From the IMG/VR virus record IMGVR_UViG_3300042563_002299, positions 1-64,000 of that record: a DNA stretch of 64,000 nt; one strand, 5' to 3'. Source of the stretch: a virus. A program made the translations under genes and the position numbers. Below are positions 25,209-35,531 of this stretch, in pieces. The notes under the pieces are model-generated. The model had not been told where the DNA came from. It ran no database searches and saw nothing but the letters and a program-made list of their open reading frames with translations. Within the stretch, counting starts at the first letter, position 1, and every line of letters begins with the position of its first letter.

Positions 25209-27710
25209 TTAGAAATCTAACTTAATAACATACTGTTGAATACCTTGTCTTAGTACCGGTGATTGTAATTTAGACATCACCAAAATATCTTGGTTTTCAT
25301 CTAGCAAAGCAATCTCCGTAACATATGATTGTGTACCAAATGTCCATGTTGGGTTCTGTGAAACTAAGAACTCGTTAAAACTTAAGTTGATCTTATACTT
25401 CATTTCGTAAATGGTTGCCTGAATATCAGTTTCCAAATTACCGTAGAAATAATACTCATCACCGAAATTAAGTTGTTGTCCTGTTGCTCCGTTTTGTACT
25501 AATTCAACATAGTTATTCAAATTATAGTATGGTGCCGAATTGTAATTTTCCGCAGTTACCGTAAACGTACTTGCGGTTAGTGATTGTTGTGTAACATATC
25601 CATTAAGGAATAAGTCACTAATTTGATCTGTAAAATCAATCAATCTCCATTGTGTTGGGTCTGGTCTCTGACCTGCAATTGTTCTCTGAGCCAACACTTG
25701 AAATTGTGTTGCGTAGAATCCAGCGGGAACAGTACAAGTAGGACAAGATGTTGTTGTAGTTGTTGTAAATGGACTAATAGTCGTTGTTGTCGTAGTACTT
25801 GGCGAAGTTGTTGTTGTTGTGGTTGTTGGATTAAATCCTGGTTGTACCAAACAATTAAATTCCGCACCAAATCTAACTGCCACATTCTGTGGAGTATCAG
25901 GAGTACAAACATTTGCCGTACCAACAACACTTGTATAGTAATTACTGTGTAACGAATTAGTAAATGTGTCAGTATTTGATAAACGATAAGTTACCCAAAG
26001 AGTTTCTCCACCACCAGTTAACACTCCCGTTGAACTTGAAACTCCGCAGGTGTTTGGTGTGATTAATGAAACTTGTGGAGCCGGTAACGTCCAGTTTCTA
26101 TTTGATTTATATGATAATGCCGCAACAATTTCTTCGTCATCAATAATAATCAATTTAGAATCAGGAAATACTTTACCAATTCTACTTGGTAATCCGTTAG
26201 GTTGTGCAAATGTATCCCAAAGGTTATAATACCTCAAACCCGGTTGGTTCATATTATCAGAAATACTTGATTTGATGTATTGTACTTGGAATAAGTTTTT
26301 ACCATCAAACCCTGGAGGATCAACCCAAAAAGTTTGTCCGAAACAACATTCAGGGTTTTTGTGCCACATCAAAGTTGGTATGTGTAATTTAAAGTTTCTT
26401 GCTTGTCCTTGAGTGTTATCAGGATTTTGAGTATCGTAAGGTTCTAAAGCAAATTTTTCTCCATAGAAAAAATCTATTGTTTGATTTGTATAGTGAATAA
26501 TCGCAATCGCTTTTTGTTCTTCCGGTGTTACAACAATTTTCTCACCAAATGAATTATAATAATAAACAGAATCTGTTGATGTCTGAGCATTTGAGTTGGT
26601 ATAACCAAAGTATTCTTTTTGACCTATATATTCAATAGATCCAAATTTAGTATAATCTTGGTATGTACTTGAATTTAATCCAGCAGGACTCTCAGTCCAA
26701 GGAATATTCATATTCCATATTTTAACATCAAATTGATCGGTATCACAAACCGATTCAAAATCAATAACACTTTGACTCCAATGTGGTTCAGGTGTAAAAC
26801 TATCATACAATGGAACCATTTGTGGTGGGTAGATCAAAGTTCTCGCAAGACAATCTGACGCTAAATTTGTAAAGTCAGGTGTTGGTCTATCTAATGTTAA
26901 TAAATCACCACAAACCGCAACAATTCTATAAGTTAGAATTGAGAAACAACTAATAACGTCTTTATTACAGTCAGGCGCCGGTGGTAATGGACACTGTGGT
27001 GTATTTGAAGGTGTTAAACACGGGGTATGTGTTGGTGTTGGTGTTGGGGTCGCCGAAGCACATGGGTTTGAACTTGTTGTGCTTGGTGTTGGTGTTGGAG
27101 TGGGTGTTTGACCTACTGATGCGGTTGGTGTTGGTGTTGGTAAATTACTACATGAACAATCAGTCGCTGCTCTACCATCATAATATATTGTAATAAAGTC
27201 ACCCACACTTGGTGTGTTATTATTTTGACTATTACAATCCATTCTTTGAACACTAATTTCGTTCGTACCATTTAAGGTAGACATATTAACAATATAATTA
27301 GGAGTGATAACATAATTGTTGTTAACAAGTGCTTTCCAATCTACTGTTGTTGCTGTTGTGTTTCCTGAGAAGAACCCTCTCATTGCAGCTCTATTATAAA
27401 CGGACTCAATACCCGAATCCATAAATGGAATACCATAAATATTTGTTTGACCTTCATCAACTAAGTAAGGATATTTTATATACTGTCTATTAGATTCAGG
27501 AACACCAGAACTATTCTGAGCGTTAAATTCAGGTTCTAAAATAACCGTATTTGCTTGATTGTAAGTGTTCGGTAATTCATTGTATGAAACCTCACTATCC
27601 CCTAAAGCAAAATATGATATCCTAAAATTACCCTCAGATAATCTTTGTCTACCTGTGTCAGTAACACGAGTGTTAACTAATCCTGACGTATTTTTAATTA
27701 TATATCCCAT
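25209..27710 (-). CDS. tail-collar/fibre-type virion protein with PT and poly-Thr linkers
   Basis: N-terminal TDTGRQRL..YFALGD, C-terminal YVTEIALLD..MSKLQSP; PT tract and T-runs. Confidence 0.6.
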   Translation of the reverse strand: MGYIIKNTSGLVNTRVTDTGRQRLSEGNFRISYFALGDSEVSYNELPNTYNQANTVILEPEFNAQNSSGVPESNRQYIKYPYLVDEGQTNIYGIPFMDSGIESVYNRAAMRGFFSGNTTATTVDWKALVNNNYVITPNYIVNMSTLNGTNEISVQRMDCNSQNNNTPSVGDFITIYYDGRAATDCSCSNLPTPTPTASVGQTPTPTPTPSTTSSNPCASATPTPTPTHTPCLTPSNTPQCPLPPAPDCNKDVISCFSILTYRIVAVCGDLLTLDRPTPDFTNLASDCLARTLIYPPQMVPLYDSFTPEPHWSQSVIDFESVCDTDQFDVKIWNMNIPWTESPAGLNSSTYQDYTKFGSIEYIGQKEYFGYTNSNAQTSTDSVYYYNSFGEKIVVTPEEQKAIAIIHYTNQTIDFFYGEKFALEPYDTQNPDNTQGQARNFKLHIPTLMWHKNPECCFGQTFWVDPPGFDGKNLFQVQYIKSSISDNMNQPGLRYYNLWDTFAQPNGLPSRIGKVFPDSKLIIIDDEEIVAALSYKSNRNWTLPAPQVSLITPNTCGVSSSTGVLTGGGETLWVTYRLSNTDTFTNSLHSNYYTSVVGTANVCTPDTPQNVAVRFGAEFNCLVQPGFNPTTTTTTTSPSTTTTTTISPFTTTTTTSCPTCTVPAGFYATQFQVLAQRTIAGQRPDPTQWRLIDFTDQISDLFLNGYVTQQSLTASTFTVTAENYNSAPYYNLNNYVELVQNGATGQQLNFGDEYYFYGNLETDIQATIYEMKYKINLSFNEFLVSQNPTWTFGTQSYVTEIALLDENQDILVMSKLQSPVLRQGIQQYVIKLDF

Positions 27711-27738
27711 CTAACTGATAAATATTCTGTTAATCATT

Positions 27739-29391
27739 TTATATTACAACAGGTTCGGGTGGTGTTGGATTTACAACATTTAACACACAACAACCACAAT
27801 TATTAATTGAGTTGTTTGTAATGGTCAGTTGATAGTATCCAGCAGCAAGTTCACAAGAACCTGTTGGGTTATTTATTACACTATTAGTAATGGTACCACT
27901 AACCGTTTGGTTACTACCCATAGTAATAGTGTTTGTGTAAATATTATTTTGTTGCGTTACCGTTATTGGATTATCAGCAGTACACGGACCTCCAAGTGGG
28001 TATGTATTTAACGACGTACTTGACAATGTCATTGGTCCAGTACCGGTGATCGTTGTAATATTATTATATGTAGGTAAAGGTGATAGAGTTGTTGGGTAAT
28101 AATTAAATGTTGATGACTGAACTAAATCGAATGTTACCGTAACCCCCGCAGGTAACACAGGTGTAGTGATTGAGAATGTATTCAACGAATAATTAACATT
28201 TAATGTCAAATTATATGTAACAGATGGTGTATTACCTACAATAACACTCGCAACTGTACCGATTGTTGTATTAACATCCCTCACAAAAATATCATAATTA
28301 CCATTTGTAAGTCCGTTGAATATTGGTGATGATTGGTAAGTTGCTCCCCCGTTTATTGAATATTCATATGGTACTTGTCCTCCTGATGCCGAAACAATAA
28401 TACTACCATTAGTACCACAAACTGCGTTATTTACATTAGCACTTACCGATATCGTATAAGCGGTCGAGCATTGTCCGTTGATAACATCCAAACTATAAAC
28501 CGATGGTGTTCCCAAAACTTGCCAGTTACTTATTGGTGGATCGGAAGGGTCGTTATTTATTAATAACACAGAAGGATTTGAATATCCTGTCATTGTCCAT
28601 TGGGACGGTGTTGATCCTGTATTCCAATAAATAACATATTGTCCTGTTGATGAACTCCAACTTGGTTGACCGTTTATTTCATTACTTGGGTCTAAATCAA
28701 TTTGTATTGCTTCCGTTACTTGACCTATCTTTGTACTTCTAACAACCAGTGTTGCACACAAAGGACCATTAACTTTAGGTATAGATGGTATGTTACAATT
28801 ACCGGGATATGATTCTTCAATAAAATAATTTGTACTACCACTAACAGTCCAAGTGTCCCCCGAAGGATATAGACCACTATTACTTAACGATTCATAAAAT
28901 GATCCTTGACAATCTAAACTTTCACAGAAAATCCAAACACCTTGTGATTGACTCCAAAATACATAACCTAACTCGGTAATACCGTACTGTAATTTGTAAT
29001 ATGGTTTACCATTTTTTAACCCTAAACTACTTGTTGAGATGTAAACCAAAGTATCTTCAACAACTCCCGATACAACAAAACAAACACCAGAAAAAGTAGT
29101 GGTTTCAGCCGTTAAAACACAAGTTGTAATTGCCGTAAAATCTTTATAGTAATCAGTAACAGTCGCTTGATATGCTCCAACACCTAAGTTAGTTAAAGCC
29201 GGAGCAAAACTACCTACCTCCCAAAAAATAGTATAAGGTGGTGTACCACCTGTTATAATTAAAGCGGTTGCACCATCGAAAGATATGTCACTTGAGGGTT
29301 GTAAAACCGAGCAACTTATTCCCAATGGGAATATTGTAATGACATCACATTCATTTGGTCGGTTAGTACTTTGTATTGTAGAATTTCCCAT
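27739..29391 (-). CDS. putative virion protein with SprB-like repeats
   Basis: GGTPPYTIFW..LGVGAYQATVTD; GGQVPYEYSING..FNGLTNGNYDIFVRD. Confidence 0.65.
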   Translation of the reverse strand: MGNSTIQSTNRPNECDVITIFPLGISCSVLQPSSDISFDGATALIITGGTPPYTIFWEVGSFAPALTNLGVGAYQATVTDYYKDFTAITTCVLTAETTTFSGVCFVVSGVVEDTLVYISTSSLGLKNGKPYYKLQYGITELGYVFWSQSQGVWIFCESLDCQGSFYESLSNSGLYPSGDTWTVSGSTNYFIEESYPGNCNIPSIPKVNGPLCATLVVRSTKIGQVTEAIQIDLDPSNEINGQPSWSSSTGQYVIYWNTGSTPSQWTMTGYSNPSVLLINNDPSDPPISNWQVLGTPSVYSLDVINGQCSTAYTISVSANVNNAVCGTNGSIIVSASGGQVPYEYSINGGATYQSSPIFNGLTNGNYDIFVRDVNTTIGTVASVIVGNTPSVTYNLTLNVNYSLNTFSITTPVLPAGVTVTFDLVQSSTFNYYPTTLSPLPTYNNITTITGTGPMTLSSTSLNTYPLGGPCTADNPITVTQQNNIYTNTITMGSNQTVSGTITNSVINNPTGSCELAAGYYQLTITNNSINNCGCCVLNVVNPTPPEPVVI

Positions 29392-29406
29392 TATCTATAT
29401 AAATAA

Positions 29407-30387
29407 TCAAATATTGTATTTTTGAATATAAGATTTCATATTCTCCATATATTTTATTGTTGAACTATCCTTATTTATATAATCAAAGTGATTGGGGTTC
29501 TCTCTCATTTTTAATATTGGATCAATATTAATATAGTCCCCTTTATAGAATTTTGTAGTTTTTAGATTATCAGTAACTCCCGCCATGTGTAATATTGGGT
29601 GTTGTTCGTATTTTTTAATGTCGTCAGTTGCCCAAGAAAAACTCATTTCATCTGTTATCTTTGTTTCAAATCCGTACATCCATAAGTTCCAAAGTAATGC
29701 CCACATTTCTGCCGTCCAAAACTGTATTTGACCCGGATTAATCGGAAATCTTTTTTGGTAATTTAACATTTGATCGTACAACTTAATTGAATCTTTATAG
29801 ATCTTATCCCAAAGTTCACAATTAGAATTCTTGATGAGGTATTGTCCTCCACCTGAATTTTTTTGATTAGTTTTAATTGTGTCGACATCAACACCAATCA
29901 CTTCAGACATTTCACTTATAAGTTGTCCCTTTTCGGTGTTTAGGTGTTTTTGTTCATATCTTCCACAACAATCCATTATGTAATCATACCCAATATACCC
30001 TATGGTATCGGATAAATAACAAGTATTGTCATTTAATAATTCTTCAAAATTTGGTAGTTCTCTAAAAATGATATCAGCGTCATGTAAGAAAAAAAGTTTA
30101 CCAAATTCAGGATTTGATTGTATCCACTTCGATATTAGGTATGGTTTTATACTCGGTATATAATGTTTCTTAACTCTCTCATCAACAAAGTAATGAACGT
30201 TAACACCTAACTCTTTTAATTCTTCAGATTGTTTGGATGGTTTGGTGTTCCCTTGAACTAAACCTAAAACCACGTGTATTTTATTTGGGTCAATACCTTT
30301 CTCAATAAAATTGTGAATGTACAATTTTATTTGCCAAATAAAATAGGGGACATCGGGTTGTGCTGAAACAAATAATATGTTTTCCAT
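29407..30387 (-). CDS. GT-A fold glycosyltransferase, SERGT1/HPAT (GT96/GT95)-like protein O-glycosyltransferase
   Basis: YIPSIKPYLISKW, LHDADII (DxD), GGGQYLI, WTAEMWA, ILH motifs in the order seen in plant SERGT1/HPAT. Confidence 0.6.
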   Translation of the reverse strand: MENILFVSAQPDVPYFIWQIKLYIHNFIEKGIDPNKIHVVLGLVQGNTKPSKQSEELKELGVNVHYFVDERVKKHYIPSIKPYLISKWIQSNPEFGKLFFLHDADIIFRELPNFEELLNDNTCYLSDTIGYIGYDYIMDCCGRYEQKHLNTEKGQLISEMSEVIGVDVDTIKTNQKNSGGGQYLIKNSNCELWDKIYKDSIKLYDQMLNYQKRFPINPGQIQFWTAEMWALLWNLWMYGFETKITDEMSFSWATDDIKKYEQHPILHMAGVTDNLKTTKFYKGDYINIDPILKMRENPNHFDYINKDSSTIKYMENMKSYIQKYNI

Positions 30388-30441
30388 AAAGGAAAATTAA
30401 ATTAAAATAAGGTAAAGTGAATTAATTTTAAATTTTAAACT

Positions 30442-33024
30442 CTATACGATTTCATAACTTCCGTTCCATAAAAATCTATCACCATTCGCCCAAGTAAATG
30501 GTTGAGTCGCGTTTACATCATTTGCAGTTCCATTTACAATATTTACATATTGCATAGGGGCTTTAGTGTTAAACCCTGCTCTTCCTCCAGCCATTATGGC
30601 ATTATACCAAGCACTACCATTATCTAATAAAGTTACCGTCATCAATATAGCGTCAGCATGAACTGCCGTAACTGGCATCGAGACATACCATTCTCCCGTA
30701 CCAAATGTTGTTGTTGATCCCATTGCGATATTTCCTCTAACAAAACATGTTTTACCAATTACTTTATACCAACCTTCTATAGTTCCATTACCAATTACTG
30801 GATTAGTACCTGACGATGTCCAAACAGGTGTGTAGGATGACCAAGCAGATTCTATTTGTGACCCAGAAAGGTTAAATGTTATTGTAGATAATGTTGTTGC
30901 CGATACCGTTGGTGAAGTTACAGTTGTTGCCGTCATACCGCTTGTATAAGTATTACCGCTAATTATAACAGAACTACCAGACATCCTAACTAAATCCGCA
31001 TCGTTTACTCTGAAGTTTATGTAGCTTGGTGGGTATGTATTGTTAGTTGCAAACATATCAATACCAACAGGTACGCTTGAATTGTCTGAAATCCCTAATT
31101 GGATTTTTCTATCAGAGCTTAACTCGTCACCACCGCTTGATGCTATAAATGGTCCTTCTTTATTAACACCACCTGTAGATGTAATTAATAATTCTCCGGT
31201 TTTTTGATAGATAGCCCCATAAACGTCTAAGTCATATTGAGGACTACTAACCCCAATTCCCAACCTTTTATTTACATTATCCCAAGTAAATCCAGTAGTT
31301 TGACTTACCGTACTTGCCGAACTTTGGAATAGGACTCCACCTGTAAATCCTGATTGAATCTGTGTTGAGTTAATAATTACTACATCACTTGGTAAATTTT
31401 GATAAGTTGTTGCTGATATTGTTATCGCACTTAAACCCGCATTAAATATTGTATTACCCGTAACCGTACCTCCTGATAACGGTAAAAATAACCCAATCCC
31501 ACTTTGACCACTTGTCCCTGACGATCCGTTTGATCCTGACGTACCGCTAGATCCTGAACTTCCTGAGGATCCTGAAGAACCAGAACTACCTGATGAACCC
31601 GATGAACCTACTTGAGCGCCTATTGTTGTTGTAACATATGAATAATGGGAAGTTCCTTGAGTATAAAACGATGCCGAACTTACCTGATTATCTTGATTTA
31701 CAACTTTAATAATCACCACCATTCTGTCTGTAGAATTAACCGATGATGTCGGTAATGTAATGTCAGTAATAACACTTACTGGTGTTGTATTATTATTATT
31801 CCATCCAATATTAACCGCTTGTGACGAACCAATAAATCCTTGAATAACTCCTAAACTGTTCGCTAAATAAAGCTCAACAAAAGCCTCTAAATCATCGTTT
31901 TCATCATCTTTTGTGAACCATAAATTAAATATTTGGACTCCACCAGGTATAATATTAAATCCAAATTGAGTTGATGCGTAACTACCAATTGTTGTACCTG
32001 TTGATAGTGCCGAAATACTTTGAGTTGTAACAGTTTGACCACTAGCCAATGGGTCAGTTGACAACTGTAAATAACTACCTACCTCAACTATGTCTGAATT
32101 AAAGAAATAATTAGTTCCACCACCGATACCATTTTGACCACTAGTCCCTGAAGATCCTGAAGAACCTGAGATACCGCTAGTTCCTGAACTTCCTGAGGAT
32201 CCTGAAGAACCAGAACTACCTGATGAACCTGAAGAACCGTCCGCACCATTATATACCCATGAAATTGTATATGTAAGTGTGTTTAGTGTACCACTACCGG
32301 CAATAAACGTTAAAGAAAAATCAAAATAACTTGTGTTGTCAGTACCACCACCAACTTCAAAAATACCAATTACGTTGTTATTCCCAAGTTCTGTTATTTG
32401 TAAATATGGTCTGCTAGAACCTGGTGTATTAATAATAGTTAATAAGGTATTTAACCAACTATAATAATCCGTTGAATAAGAATCGTCCTTACTAATACTA
32501 ATCTCAGTTATACTTGAGATGGTACTTGAATTTGTTACAAAAAATTTGCTATTAGGGTCATTTGGTGCCTGAGTACCACTATTAAAATCCCACCTACCTG
32601 AATTAGATCCATCATTACCTGTAATTCCATTAGACCCGCTAGTACCGCTTGATCCAGATGTACCTGAAGAACCGCTAGACCCTGTTGTACCTGAAGTTCC
32701 GCTAGACCCTGAAGTTCCATTAGCACCACTAGATCCTGATGTCCCTGATGTTCCGCTAGTTCCATTGGCACCACTAGATCCTGATGTTCCGCTAGTTCCA
32801 TTGGCACCACTAGATCCTGAAGTTCCATTAGACCCACTAGAACCGTTTGATCCTGATGTTCCATTAGTACCTGTGGCTCCACTTATTACTTGAGCAACCT
32901 GTTGGATTGTCGCCTTAAAAGAAGAACCGGCAGGATTTTGAGATGTGTTACCGGTGATGACTATGTGAATTAAGTCCGTTAAAGAAACTCCAGTTGCTTG
33001 TATTTGATCCGTTAATAATGCCAT
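30442..33024 (-). CDS. collagen-like (Gly-X-Ser) tail fibre with C-terminal receptor-binding-type domain
   Basis: three GSS/GTS/GxN triplet blocks; FLPLSGGTVTG; RLGIGVSSPQYDLDV; WSSYTPVWT..GWYKVIGK. Confidence 0.75.
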   Translation of the reverse strand: MALLTDQIQATGVSLTDLIHIVITGNTSQNPAGSSFKATIQQVAQVISGATGTNGTSGSNGSSGSNGTSGSSGANGTSGTSGSSGANGTSGTSGTSGSSGANGTSGSSGTSGTTGSSGSSGTSGSSGTSGSNGITGNDGSNSGRWDFNSGTQAPNDPNSKFFVTNSSTISSITEISISKDDSYSTDYYSWLNTLLTIINTPGSSRPYLQITELGNNNVIGIFEVGGGTDNTSYFDFSLTFIAGSGTLNTLTYTISWVYNGADGSSGSSGSSGSSGSSGSSGTSGISGSSGSSGTSGQNGIGGGTNYFFNSDIVEVGSYLQLSTDPLASGQTVTTQSISALSTGTTIGSYASTQFGFNIIPGGVQIFNLWFTKDDENDDLEAFVELYLANSLGVIQGFIGSSQAVNIGWNNNNTTPVSVITDITLPTSSVNSTDRMVVIIKVVNQDNQVSSASFYTQGTSHYSYVTTTIGAQVGSSGSSGSSGSSGSSGSSGSSGTSGSNGSSGTSGQSGIGLFLPLSGGTVTGNTIFNAGLSAITISATTYQNLPSDVVIINSTQIQSGFTGGVLFQSSASTVSQTTGFTWDNVNKRLGIGVSSPQYDLDVYGAIYQKTGELLITSTGGVNKEGPFIASSGGDELSSDRKIQLGISDNSSVPVGIDMFATNNTYPPSYINFRVNDADLVRMSGSSVIISGNTYTSGMTATTVTSPTVSATTLSTITFNLSGSQIESAWSSYTPVWTSSGTNPVIGNGTIEGWYKVIGKTCFVRGNIAMGSTTTFGTGEWYVSMPVTAVHADAILMTVTLLDNGSAWYNAIMAGGRAGFNTKAPMQYVNIVNGTANDVNATQPFTWANGDRFLWNGSYEIV
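31552..32229. repeat. 48-bp perfect direct repeat (31552-31599 and 32182-32229) inside the collagen blocks
   Basis: TCCTGAACTTCCTGAGGATCCTGAAGAACCAGAACTACCTGATGAACC twice, 630 bp apart. Confidence 0.9.
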
Positions 33025-33045
33025 ATCGTATAATAAATATTTTGG

Positions 33046-33342
33046 TTACTGAAAATTAAACTGCGTTCCATCCATAAAGAAGTAATATTGTAAATTTTGG
33101 AACTGTTTTGGCGCTCCTTCAACTGTACAATAAATTATTTCAGACACTGAACATCCGTTTGAATCGGTTAAAGTTAATTGTAGTGCGGGTGCGGTGTTGA
33201 ATTGAGATGGTAAAGTAAAAGTTACAGGAAAAGTGGTTCCACTACCAACATAAGAGCAATTATTTCCATAAACATCACATGCAACACCACTAAATGGTGG
33301 TGTAACACTTGTAGCACTATAAACTATTACTTGATTTGCCAC
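33046..33342 (-). CDS. small putative virion protein, paralog of 22982..23203
   Basis: GTG start; PFSGVACDVYGNNCSYV..LTDSNGC. Confidence 0.65.
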   Translation of the reverse strand: MANQVIVYSATSVTPPFSGVACDVYGNNCSYVGSGTTFPVTFTLPSQFNTAPALQLTLTDSNGCSVSEIIYCTVEGAPKQFQNLQYYFFMDGTQFNFQ

Positions 33343-33344
33343 GA

Positions 33345-35531
33345 CTAACTACAACTAACACAAGATATGTCATAATCAATCAACAAGTTGACTTTTATTT
33401 CAGTATCTTGTAATGGATTTATTTGTTGAACTGTACAGTTTTTAGTTGTATCCTCACATGCTGTTGTTATTGTAATCCTATTTGATATTACATCAACAGT
33501 AACACTTGATATACCTGAAAAACTTTCCAAAATATTTATAATGGCATCCGCCCAAACCGTATCACTTGGATAATCTGTGGTTCCTGTTGAAGTGTAGAAC
33601 TGTGTTTGTGCTGATACCCCACCAACCTCAGCGTAAATCGTAAAGTCAGCAGAATTAATAATACAATTTGTATCACCACTTGTAAGATCGTAAAAACCTT
33701 CTAAGTACATGGACCTTATCGTCTTTTTCTGTATTAAACCACTATCAAAGAATTGTTCCTCACAAACAGTATAGTATCTATAATCCACATATTTTTTAGT
33801 TCCAGTAAGAGTTACCGATTTTGTTAAAGAACACCCACTTACATCAGTACAAGTTAAACTATATGTCCCTGCGGTAAGACCACTAACCGTAGATCCTGTT
33901 TGCCCGTTAATACTTCCTCCACTCCATACTAAATTAAATGGTGGTTCCCCTGAAAAAATAAAAGTAGTGATTGACCCATCGTTACCATTAAATGGTTGTG
34001 AAGCAAATAAATCAAAATAAACCGATTCACTATAATCAACATAAACAGCAAAACTCTGAATACAATTTGGTGTACCAGAATCTTGTACCGTAAGCGTATA
34101 ATTACCCCATTTTAGGTTATTAAAAATACCAACAGGACTTGTTGTACTTGTTGGATTATAAGTTGGGCCTGTCAATGTAAATAAGTAAGGTAATGTACCT
34201 CCCGTCGAAACAACAACTTCAATTCTACCATTATCCCCCCCACATGTCGTTCCTGTAACTGCGGTTGTTGCACTATATAAATTAGTTGAGCTAATTGTTG
34301 TTGTTGCAGTATAAGTACAACCAGCGGATGTTACCGTTACTAAGTAATTACCATTAGGTAACCCATTAAATGTCTGATTTGGATTTCCTAACACACCAAC
34401 TTGTTGTATTCCTGAACTACCTGAAACTGAAATTAGTAAGTTAGCCTCGGTACTATTTCCATTATCAACCAAAACTTGTATTGATCCACTACTTGTAGAA
34501 CAAAATGAATTAGTTGTGTTAACAGCAACCGTACTAAATGAGTTTGGTGTTTGTAAAGTAACGCTATCAAATATCGTACATAAACCAGCATCAGTTACCA
34601 AGAAAGAGTATGCTCCCGATGATAAACCTGTAAATGTTAATGACGTATCAAACGTTATTCCAACTTGACCCGAAGATCCGCTGAAAAAATAAGGTGCGGT
34701 TCCATTTGCAACTATAAACTCAACTTCCCCGTCGTTCGCAAAACAACTTGGTTGCTGAATCGTTATAAAACCGGCAGATTGTAATGGTGCAACGGTATTA
34801 ACAAAATATGATTGTGAACTACTACAACCGGATGAGTTAGTTATATCAACAATGTAAGTACCACTTGTTAACCCTGTAACTGTTGTACCTGTTTGTCCGT
34901 TTACATTTGAACTCCAGTTTATCGTATAAGCAGAAATTGGAGGAGTTAAACCTGTAATAAATATTTTTCCACTTCCTCCACCAATACAACTAGCATCGTC
35001 AACAACATATCCACCAAATGTGAATCCTGTTGATGGTGTTAAAATAACTGAAGCCGTTATCCCTGTACATCCACCACCATCGTTAGCAACTATATAGTAC
35101 GTTCCCGCAGATAAGTTGGTGAACTCATAATAAGGTGTTGGTGTTATTGCTGATGTTATGTAATTATCACTACCATCGTAAAGAATAAATGACGCATTCC
35201 CATAAACTGTAGGTGTAAACCCTGTAATAACACCATTATCTAAACCACACGAAGGTGCTGTCGAATCAATAGTTACAGTTGTACCTGTTGAAATGTAAAA
35301 TGGTTGGACTATTTTGGTGGTCACGTTCGCAACATTAACATAATAAGTACCACCTGTCAGTCCCGTCACATAATAAAAAGTAGTACTTGCAGATGAAGGT
35401 AGATATAAACCGGCAGCATCCGCAACACTATATGTGGCAGTATCACCGGTTATGTTAAAAAACACCGCACCTGATCCTGTATTACTACAGTCACCAGTGA
35501 CGCTTAAATTATATACTTGAATGTACCCCAT
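33345..35531 (-). CDS. putative virion protein with multiple SprB-like repeats
   Basis: repeated C..xxG.I..G.PY..W..TGLxxGxY.V.D..GC units. Confidence 0.7.
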   Translation of the reverse strand: MGYIQVYNLSVTGDCSNTGSGAVFFNITGDTATYSVADAAGLYLPSSASTTFYYVTGLTGGTYYVNVANVTTKIVQPFYISTGTTVTIDSTAPSCGLDNGVITGFTPTVYGNASFILYDGSDNYITSAITPTPYYEFTNLSAGTYYIVANDGGGCTGITASVILTPSTGFTFGGYVVDDASCIGGGSGKIFITGLTPPISAYTINWSSNVNGQTGTTVTGLTSGTYIVDITNSSGCSSSQSYFVNTVAPLQSAGFITIQQPSCFANDGEVEFIVANGTAPYFFSGSSGQVGITFDTSLTFTGLSSGAYSFLVTDAGLCTIFDSVTLQTPNSFSTVAVNTTNSFCSTSSGSIQVLVDNGNSTEANLLISVSGSSGIQQVGVLGNPNQTFNGLPNGNYLVTVTSAGCTYTATTTISSTNLYSATTAVTGTTCGGDNGRIEVVVSTGGTLPYLFTLTGPTYNPTSTTSPVGIFNNLKWGNYTLTVQDSGTPNCIQSFAVYVDYSESVYFDLFASQPFNGNDGSITTFIFSGEPPFNLVWSGGSINGQTGSTVSGLTAGTYSLTCTDVSGCSLTKSVTLTGTKKYVDYRYYTVCEEQFFDSGLIQKKTIRSMYLEGFYDLTSGDTNCIINSADFTIYAEVGGVSAQTQFYTSTGTTDYPSDTVWADAIINILESFSGISSVTVDVISNRITITTACEDTTKNCTVQQINPLQDTEIKVNLLIDYDISCVSCS

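Noticed and set aside
32535-32882. ORF with MELAEHQDLVV repeats
   Set aside because: Alternative-frame shadow of the collagen triplet repeat.
30442-33024. Diversity-generating retroelement target in the fibre tip
   Set aside because: No reverse transcriptase and no template/variable repeat pair differing at adenines was seen in this window.
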